A stretch of 64,000 bases of DNA. Source: Mantamonas sphyraenae STR306. Lineage: Eukaryota; Protista; CRuMs. Shown here in pieces: positions 58,101 to 64,000 of the stretch. The stretch covers positions 124,001 to 188,000 of the forward strand of contig JAPMXV010000025.1 in assembly GCA_026936335.1 (NCBI GenBank), given 5' to 3'. A model generated the notes under the pieces. The model did not search any database and was not told the DNA's origin. It saw only the letters and a list, made by a program, of their open reading frames with translations. How positions within the stretch are numbered: position 1 is the stretch's first letter; each line of letters begins with the position of its first letter. The translations under genes were made by a program, and so were the position numbers.

Positions 58101-61100
58101 CGTAGCCGCCCGCGTTTGCCTCACCAAACACACCCGTCGTGTAGCCTGACAGCACCACCTCGCCTGCGCATGTCACGGCCAGCCCTTGCGCCACATCAGC
58201 GCCGCTCGTGCCAAACTGCTTCACCACAAGCACACTGCCGTTCTGCGCCGTGTCCAACACGGCGTACCACAGATCGTTGGATCCTGCGCTGACCTGGCCA
58301 TTCATCGTGCCCTGCGTGTAGCCGCCCACCACCAGGTGTCCACTGGGTGTCATCGACACGCCGTTGACGTACGTCGTGCTTGTCACCGTAGCCACAATCG
58401 ACGTCCACAGCTGCGCGCCCGTGTTTGCATCCAGCGCCACCACAAACGGCGCACCGTTGGTTGCCGTCTGTCCATTCAGGGTTGTGCTTCCTGTGCTGCC
58501 AGCCACAAAGGCCACGCCGTTGTGCACCAGCACCGGAATGTCATCCAGAGGTTCGGCTCCCGTGCCGCCAAACTGCACCGTCCACAATGGCAATCCGTCC
58601 GGGTTCACCTTGAGCACATACACGTCGTTCAGACCCGCGTTGCTTCCATACAGGGCACCACTTGTCCTACCGGTTGCATACGCGTTTGCATCCTCGTCCA
58701 CAGTCACACTGAACGTCGTTTCCGCGCCAGCCGTGCCCTGACGACGCACCCACTCGGGGATGCCGTTCACCGTGCCAAACTTGGCCAAGAAGCCATCCTG
58801 GCTACCGGCATTGCCTTCTCCACTCAGAGCGCCACTCGTGTAGCCTGCAACATACACGGCCTTTCCGTCAGCAGAGCCCCAGATGCTCTGCGGCACATCG
58901 CTGGATGTGGAACCAATCACACCTGTCCACAGACGCACGCCGTCCGACGCACGATACTTGTTCACAAACACATCGTTGCTGCCTGCAAACGCCTGGCCGT
59001 GGTACGACTGCTGCGTGAGACCCGTGACGTACACATAGCCACGCGAGTCGGCCCACACCTCGTACGGATCCTGCAGGCCCGCGTGGTTGTCCTGCACCAC
59101 CCACTGCTCCGCACCCGTCGAGTTGTACTTGATGAGAATCACATCGCGTGTGCCACCAAACGCCTTGCCCGGGAACGCCGCCGTGGCCATACCAGTCACA
59201 TACAGGTTCCCAAAGCCATCGCGTGCCATGCCACGCAGGTAGTCGCTGCTCGTCGTGCCGATCTGGTGGCTCCACGTCGGCTGCACGCCTGCACACGCAA
59301 GCACAGACATCACATGGTCGCGGCTGCTGTACAAATCGCTCACAGTCACGACCACTGCCTCATGCACAGCCGGATCCTGCGAAAAGGTTGCACTCAGCGT
59401 CTTCCACGCAGCCTCGAGCTGCATGCGGCTGCCCGTCACGGTCAAACTCGACCCGCCGGTACCATTCAGCACACACTGCGTGCACGACACCGTCATGTTC
59501 AGCACAGGGCTGTCTGGATCATCGATGCGCAGGGTGTGTGCCTGTCCAAACGCACTCTGCGTGGACGACACCGAACTGGGCAGGCCTCGCAGGATGGGCG
59601 GCGCATCCACCGCCAACGTGCGCACGTACGCGTCCCAACCACCGGCCAATGATTGGCCAGGCAGAGCCGTGGTGGTGTCACCAGCAGCAACGGCCAGGTT
59701 GTTGTCACCGCACAGCATGTGTGCCGTCTTGATCTTGTGGATACCCGGCAGCACCTCCATGTACTCGTAGCGCTTGTTTCCATCGGCATCCAGAAGGTAG
59801 TAGGCCATGTCTTCACTGTTGGGCGCAGAGAAACCGTCCATGCGGCTGGTAGACAATTCGCCCGCCAGAACAGTGCCATACTTGTTCACCACCACGGCGT
59901 GGGCGTAGTCATTGCTGGGTCCACCCAGGAGGCGGAGCCACGATGCAACGCCTGTCGTGGCGTTGATCTTGACCACAGCCATGTCGGCCGCTCCAGGTTG
60001 CACCTGGTCGCCCAACACACCTGTGCCTTGCGAGTAACCCGCTCCGTACACCATGCCGTTGCTGTAGTAGCCACGACTCAGCGAGTCATCAAGGTTCGAA
60101 CCTGCCAACCACGTCCACACCGTGTTGCCGTTGGTGTCCAACTTGGCAACGGCCATGTCGTATGCTCCAGCGTTGGTCTTGCCGCCAAAGGCGCCCTGCG
60201 AGTTGCCAAAGATGTACACATTGTCTTCCTCGTCGATTACCGACCAGTGCGAGTGCTCATGGTTGGCTGTACCGATCTGCCTCTGCCACACCTTGGCGCC
60301 GTCCGACGTGCGCAGCTTCATCACAGGCCAATCCATGCCACCCAGATTCGTTCCGGCGACATTGCCGTCGGTGTATCCGCTCACCACAATGGCCGAACCA
60401 TCCTTGGTCACCACCACGCCATGCAGCACATCGTTGCCCGTGCTACCATACATGACGGCCCACTGGCGCACACCATGCTGGTTCAACTTGACAATCAAAA
60501 AGTCATTCGAACCGACATACGAGCAGCCGGGGAAGGCAGCGGTTGCATATCCAACAGCGTACACGTTGAGATCGTTGTCTGTGGCAACTGCATGGACGAC
60601 GTCGTTTCCGGCGCCTCCCTGTTGCCACGTCCACAGCATCTCGCCCGTGCGGCTGTACTTGCGCACGTATGCGTCTGCACTGCCTGCATTGGCCGCACCC
60701 AGCGCACCATATGTGTGGGAACCAATGAGGATGCCACCTTCGCGATCCACGGTGACCGAGTAGCCGTTGTCGGTGCCACTGGTGCCGTACTGTGACAGAA
60801 AGTTGCGCATGCCGCTGTTGTCCAAACACACGAGCAGTGCCATGCGCTGGGTCACTGTGTTGACGCCATCAAACACACTCACCACAAGGGTGTCGTTGCT
60901 GGTCGTCGCAGTGTCCACATCCACGCGCATGGTCATCCACGCGGCCATCAAGTGGGCCACCTTGCCCTGCACAACCACGCGGTTGCTGCCCGTGCCGTTC
61001 ACATTGCAGCTTTCACACGACACAACCAGTTGCGTGGTGGCAAAGTCCTCAAAGTCTGCAATGGCCAGCGGATACCTACCCGCCGCCATGGACGCCTCGT

Positions 61101-64000
61101 CAAACGTCAGCGGCAAGCCGGTCACCGTGGGTGGCACGTCCACACTGGTCACACGCACGGCGGCATCATTGCCTCCATAAGCGGTCTGTCCTGCCATGGC
61201 GGAGGCGGCGTAGCCTGTAAACGCCACTCGGCTGTGGCAATCCGACTCTGCGTTGCGCGTTTGCGAGTTGGATGTCACATCGATCCACTGATGATGGTAC
61301 TGGAAGTTGCCTTGGGTGTCCCACACCCAGTACGCCATGTCCAAATTGGTGTTGGGACTTTCAAAGCCCGCGAGCGATCCACGCGTGTCGCCGCCGACCA
61401 CCACGAGACCGGTCGGCGTCACCGTCACTGCATGTGCCCAATCCTCGTTGTCCGTGCCCGCCAGGCGCACAAACAACTCTGTGCCATCTGTGGCGTTGTA
61501 TGCCACGACAAACACGTCCGTGGCACCGCCTGCGTACGGTTGGCCACTCACCGATGCACGGATGTGACCAGTGGCGTACAACACTCCGTTGCTCTGTTGA
61601 CCGCGGTAGAACGTATCCGACCCACTCGTACCAATCATGCGCGTCCACCTGTGGTTGCCATCCTTATCGTACGACAGCACGGCGGATTCCTCGCTGCCCT
61701 GGTACGGTTGGCCATGGATCGAACCCTGGCCGTAGCCTATCAAGTAGAGGTTGTCCATGGCATCGATGTCCATGTCAATGACATGGTCGCTGCCGGCGCT
61801 ACCGACTTGCCTGTACCACAGCACTGCGCCGTCGTGTGCGGTCATCTTCATGACCACGTAGTCGACTCCGCCTGCGTTGGCCGCACCCAGCGATCCGCCT
61901 GTGTAGCCCGCCATAAACACATGTGTGTTGTCCGTGCTCACGGCCACACCATGCAGCACGTCGTTGCCTGACGAACCCCACTGCTTCCTCCAAATCATGT
62001 TGCCATCGCGATCAAACTTGGCCGCTGCAAAGTCGTTGCTTCCCAACGCGGTGTCAAACAGAGCACCCGCGCTGTAACCACAGGCATATACGTTGGAGTG
62101 ATCGTCCACATCGATGTCATGCACCGACTCGCTTGTGGTGGTACCGTACTGGCGGCCCCACAGAAGGGTGCCCTGCGGCGAGAACTTGGCCACATACCAG
62201 TCATTTCCTCCTTGGATTGTTGCATACAGAGATCCGTACGTGTTGGCTCCGACCAATAGGTTGCCCTCGTGGTCCCACGTGCTAGAGTATGCGTCTTCGT
62301 TCGATCCCGTGCCAAACTGCAGCGTCCAATCGGCAGGTTTGACCGCGCTGCATCCGGTCACCGCCGTCTGCGCCGCCACCGTGTTGACTCCGTCAAACAC
62401 GCGTGCGTACAGTGTGTCGTTGCCCAAGCTCGTGTCAAAGGTAATGCTCATGCCCAACCAGGCGGCCATGAGCTGTGCCGAGTTGCCCTGCATCGTCTTG
62501 CTCTGCAATCCGGTGCCGTTCACGTTGCAGTTGCCACACGACACCGTCAGTTGCATGGTGCCGTAGTTTTCATAGTCGCTGATCGTCAGCGGGTAGTTGC
62601 TGGTCACAAACGTCTCTGTGTTGGCCATGGTTGCAGGCATGCCCGTCACCGTGGGCGGCACGTCCACGTCCATCAGCCAGCCCATGGGGTCCCAGCTTCC
62701 ACTCGCCGTGTTTCCAGGCAATGCCACGTTTGCACGTCCCGTAAAGAACACTTGGTTGTGACACGTGGACGTTGCATCCGTGAAAAAGGTTGTGCCGTAC
62801 AGCGACAGCTGACGTGCAAACTGCAGCGTGCCCGTGTCTGCGTCCAGCACAAACACAGCAGCGTCGTTACCATTGCCTCCAGCTTGGTTTCCGAGTGAAA
62901 CGTCACCGCCCGAGTCGCCACCCGCAGCCACAAGGCCGTTCGGAAGCGAGGAGATGGCCTGTATGTTGTCGGTCTTGTCCGTACCAACCATCCTTACCCA
63001 TGCAGTGTCACCAGTGGTCCTGTTGACCATCACCACAAAGCCATCACGGCCGCCCAGTGACGCCTGGCCTGCAAACGGGTTGCTGTCGGTGTACCCCGCA
63101 ACAGCCAAGCGGCCTCCAGGCACGAGCGTAACCTTGTATCCCTGCTCGTCGCTGGCACCACCCCACAGCCTTGTGTACTGGTGGTTGCCATCCTTGTCAT
63201 ACTTGACAAGGACCACATCGTAGCTTCCTCCGGCAAACGTTTGGCCGTTCAGCGCTCCCGTGACCCTGCCCACGCCGTACACAAATTCGTTCTCGTCCAC
63301 AACACCGTTCCAAAAGATGTCCGAGGCGCTCACTCCCAATTGGCGTTGCCACACGGTGGCACCGTCCGATGCCTTGTACTTGCCCAGATACATGTCCTCT
63401 GAACCGGCGTTGGCACCGCCAATTGTTCCCGAGGAGTACCCAAACACGTACATGTGCTCATCGTCGGGCGACATGCCCACTCCATGCAGCACTTCGTTTG
63501 CGGCCGTGCCCATCTGGCGAGTCCACACCCACTGGCCGGTCGGGCTCACCTTTCCCATCAGGAAATCGTTGCTTCCCGCATGAGCGAAACCCGGGAACGC
63601 CCCGTTGGTGTATCCAACCCAATAAATGTTGCCAGCGGCGTCTGTGGTCACCTCGTGGATGATCTCTGTGCCCGTACCACCCCTCTGGATGGTCCACGCC
63701 ACCTGCGTGCCTGTCGGATCGTACTTGCGAATGTAAATGTCCCAATTGCCAGCATTGCCCGTGGCAAGAGCTCCTGTAGTGTGCGCCGCAATGATCAGGT
63801 TGCCTTCGCGATCCACTGTGTTGGAGTATGCACGGTCGTCCGAGCTTGTGCCAAACTGAATGTAGCGCGGCTCGGGCTTGGGCAGGAAACACGAAATGAT
63901 CAACGACGAGTCACTGACCGTGTTGAAGCCATCGTTGACACTGACTGTCAGCGAGTCGTTGGCGTAGTCGTTGGAAAACACCACGCTGATGGTCGACCAG
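52105..64000 (-). CDS. Giant extracellular adhesin-like protein (5' end outside the window): at least 6 SBBP-type propellers alternating with CxxC cadherin/Ig-like linkers, three NDP cadherin-like domains and a C-terminal beta-rich region
   Basis: More than 3960 open codons up to the window edge (WSTISVVFS..). Repeated Q.GT...D.A..V..D..GN.YV.G.T.G..AG..D..V.K blades, linkers beginning VD.PP, the motif TFVGAAGGDWNVSANW..RVP, and many N-x-S/T sequons. Confidence 0.92.
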   Translation of the reverse strand, partial: WSTISVVFSNDYANDSLTVSVNDGFNTVSDSSLIISCFLPKPEPRYIQFGTSSDDRAYSNTVDREGNLIIAAHTTGALATGNAGNWDIYIRKYDPTGTQVAWTIQRGGTGTEIIHEVTTDAAGNIYWVGYTNGAFPGFAHAGSNDFLMGKVSPTGQWVWTRQMGTAANEVLHGVGMSPDDEHMYVFGYSSGTIGGANAGSEDMYLGKYKASDGATVWQRQLGVSASDIFWNGVVDENEFVYGVGRVTGALNGQTFAGGSYDVVLVKYDKDGNHQYTRLWGGASDEQGYKVTLVPGGRLAVAGYTDSNPFAGQASLGGRDGFVVMVNRTTGDTAWVRMVGTDKTDNIQAISSLPNGLVAAGGDSGGDVSLGNQAGGNGNDAAVFVLDADTGTLQFARQLSLYGTTFFTDATSTCHNQVFFTGRANVALPGNTASGSWDPMGWLMDVDVPPTVTGMPATMANTETFVTSNYPLTISDYENYGTMQLTVSCGNCNVNGTGLQSKTMQGNSAQLMAAWLGMSITFDTSLGNDTLYARVFDGVNTVAAQTAVTGCSAVKPADWTLQFGTGSNEDAYSSTWDHEGNLLVGANTYGSLYATIQGGNDWYVAKFSPQGTLLWGRQYGTTTSESVHDIDVDDHSNVYACGYSAGALFDTALGSNDFAAAKFDRDGNMIWRKQWGSSGNDVLHGVAVSTDNTHVFMAGYTGGSLGAANAGGVDYVVMKMTAHDGAVLWYRQVGSAGSDHVIDMDIDAMDNLYLIGYGQGSIHGQPYQGSEESAVLSYDKDGNHRWTRMIGTSGSDTFYRGQQSNGVLYATGHIRASVSGQPYAGGATDVFVVAYNATDGTELFVRLAGTDNEDWAHAVTVTPTGLVVVGGDTRGSLAGFESPNTNLDMAYWVWDTQGNFQYHHQWIDVTSNSQTRNAESDCHSRVAFTGYAASAMAGQTAYGGNDAAVRVTSVDVPPTVTGLPLTFDEASMAAGRYPLAIADFEDFATTQLVVSCESCNVNGTGSNRVVVQGKVAHLMAAWMTMRVDVDTATTSNDTLVVSVFDGVNTVTQRMALLVCLDNSGMRNFLSQYGTSGTDNGYSVTVDREGGILIGSHTYGALGAANAGSADAYVRKYSRTGEMLWTWQQGGAGNDVVHAVATDNDLNVYAVGYATAAFPGCSYVGSNDFLIVKLNQHGVRQWAVMYGSTGNDVLHGVVVTKDGSAIVVSGYTDGNVAGTNLGGMDWPVMKLRTSDGAKVWQRQIGTANHEHSHWSVIDEEDNVYIFGNSQGAFGGKTNAGAYDMAVAKLDTNGNTVWTWLAGSNLDDSLSRGYYSNGMVYGAGYSQGTGVLGDQVQPGAADMAVVKINATTGVASWLRLLGGPSNDYAHAVVVNKYGTVLAGELSTSRMDGFSAPNSEDMAYYLLDADGNKRYEYMEVLPGIHKIKTAHMLCGDNNLAVAAGDTTTALPGQSLAGGWDAYVRTLAVDAPPILRGLPSSVSSTQSAFGQAHTLRIDDPDSPVLNMTVSCTQCVLNGTGGSSLTVTGSRMQLEAAWKTLSATFSQDPAVHEAVVVTVSDLYSSRDHVMSVLACAGVQPTWSHQIGTTSSDYLRGMARDGFGNLYVTGMATAAFPGKAFGGTRDVILIKYNSTGAEQWVVQDNHAGLQDPYEVWADSRGYVYVTGLTQQSYHGQAFAGSNDVFVNKYRASDGVRLWTGVIGSTSSDVPQSIWGSADGKAVYVAGYTSGALSGEGNAGSQDGFLAKFGTVNGIPEWVRRQGTAGAETTFSVTVDEDANAYATGRTSGALYGSNAGLNDVYVLKVNPDGLPLWTVQFGGTGAEPLDDIPVLVHNGVAFVAGSTGSTTLNGQTATNGAPFVVALDANTGAQLWTSIVATVTSTTYVNGVSMTPSGHLVVGGYTQGTMNGQVSAGSNDLWYAVLDTAQNGSVLVVKQFGTSGADVAQGLAVTCAGEVVLSGYTTGVFGEANAGGYDFFVVKRDLDRPPEVALSTTRFEVTSGDTVVLGERLSANVTQLTFGVEVPRVHLQVSCVECTMWMPAVTTLVNGSEVVVVANSTGMSTVAEVTANVTQVQAWLRSLHVRFNGSNADEPITLKLNNEGNTGANDVREYVVNVDVLCGDVTPFLVRQGTASNEVAQAVAVDRYGDVAMAGYSDAALAGAHSGSADAFVRVWNSQGSGGWQVQFGTAGADVANDVVYLSDGGVLVAGYVSGALFGQTYNGGGRDAFVARYSSTGAQMWFRLVGSSGNDEASSMQLSTSQEYVYVVGYAMGAVNGAANNGGMDVLAFKMRVSNGSVEWTSQHGAGGNDVAERVSLTMDGTTLMVAGSTTAEVHGQPYQGGSNDALVMALRESDGTRVWTRTYGGDSADVVTLGRAVVVQDLFVVSGSTDSSVFLGMDALGNADAFVVAVHVANGNVAWKQRVGTAALDQAMSIALMSNNVLVVAAVTQGALPGQSSQGGQDIAYLYMDAFSGQLLRTEQVGGSGLDTVQDVAVTCTGDVASVGMTQSTNGMFAGTSASGNNDVFAAVRTGYRSPPSVVGLTDARLSVFPDQVLNVGVTLPVSIHGVSLPGDGVDVSCTACVLTLAPAANAVAGVSVSGNGTTRVTLRLTGATQNGSALTAVWSHLHVMVALGAGGPVDALVVDTVSSTSSLAAGETRRYTVPLAVPCAPLEPFRRRVGTSNGEWTERLRLGHDGSLYTAGGTSLNAADALMRKFNASGVQVWENQFVNAGGSWGHYAVPDNRGSVFVSSNFIGNYGSLVNSGGTDTLMAKLDDTNGKVEWARLLGSSVGEAWNLVELSDDGQYLYLLVARDDSRNLEVSKFHAASGELVWSQLHAGNGTVAGHGLRVAPNGDVVAGGFLIGAMFGTSSQPGNVQDAWVARFNGSNGDLVWSHVFGGYGTYDWVHDVVFLTDEASNDVVITGMTNGNVTLPASMAGAPVTAWPVIHGGDDGFVMRLGAMDGKPKWVTVLDQSAANELGHGVAVALGDDGLLYTSGRSQDDLALWRLTREGTLMDSLTLGGPTVEWSKGVVRSCNGLVYVSGSTHGAFPGIDTPHAGGEDMVLLALQTATFAPVVNFTQPSTSLTLLEGVDATIKATASDLDRSIFYGVPRPYAVNVTCEACTLHALWMPGANQMMEGNGTSTLRFMAHEAEFNVWMGGAGVRYVQWNESNVAVDTVRIGMRQYDGVASVASLPVVVTLVNDPVHVLTGLPSGLYNVSEESALPFGISVSDVDAVLGDLSVHAEASLGTLRVFAGVTFAGAQVSGNDTHVLNFNGTLAQVNAALLSMEYLAGSLPGLDIVRVVVSDNGAGGIGEVSTRTFVFNVTIPNSGNDPVRFVHLPPSWFTVAEDSSFHVPFMRVADPDAAAGVLTLNVSATLGTVELAAGAAGNGSVVVNNGTLTQINALLTTLVYHAPVHHVGGDTVTVVVNDNGFTGGPATQAVFVLTVNITAVNDPVHIVGMPTELTVDYLDSVHVAGISVTDVDAAQVDGNMRLVISATHGRLSTVSHPDKLQIDVVGTLGSINAQLATLRYASVPGLSSGVDPLVVSVYDLGNHGAGPAYSRQAVLNVTVAPFVPTLTFVGAAGGDWNVSANWDAGRVPNATDSVLVPSNASVVLSQATVARVDRALAWGNVTVLSGSVLEIVRGAALAGDTHVHGTGSVVQGAFTGVAQDPQLWMNTVTLSEGGGVSGNTTQLRVVNILTSNNGVLSVGVSTQVLNARVPAGGVLQVNTDVQVTGVLDMATNAWLRGNGVTTLTGADLGGSMHTLSQARVSSHVHAFGSMAVHNLVCDSNATVSFYGEASLYGSVNGTAGACELRVMAGANVTLDGVATMNSKMTVMQHGALRGNPSAQDPLQTVGAWHVEGQTSRLRLRVASSTVTWLSNAVLDDLVVAQGGEVRVHNTGARFDAVHIGQGGTLRVHGSMEVGTLTLLSGTWEVLGSVKMLGALDLRDGTFMRHGVVTLASPVTFGLDAQGR

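Overview
This is eukaryotic, intron-containing, GC-rich and very gene-dense DNA, probably from a protist; the taxon cannot be fixed from the sequence. I saw no rRNA, tRNA, CRISPR array or transposase. The window looks like a recombination-active recognition locus in four parts. (1) 0-8 kb: two paralogous secreted-type genes flank an IPT/Cys-rich multi-pass membrane receptor. The receptor's predicted start overlaps the upstream stop codon (TAATG). (2) 6.7-25.1 kb: two nested, near-identical inverted-repeat pairs frame two convergent beta-propeller/IPT/multi-pass receptors. Their promoter plus signal peptide and their membrane core are almost identical, while their ectodomains and their last TM plus tails are strongly diverged (shufflon-like geometry). 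(3) 25.1-54 kb: four ~7.3-7.5 kb tandem units each carry a cytosolic LRR-ankyrin-coiled-coil-TKL kinase. LRR number (7, 8, 8, 6 plus an N-terminal repeat) and the predicted binding-surface residues vary strongly between copies, while the kinase core is nearly invariant. The units also carry fragments of the neighbouring giant gene and a 5'-truncated Romo1/Mgr2-like gene. (4) 52-64 kb: the 3' part of a giant (>3960 aa) extracellular protein made of tandem SBBP-type propellers. All domain calls come from motif recognition by eye, not from database searches.
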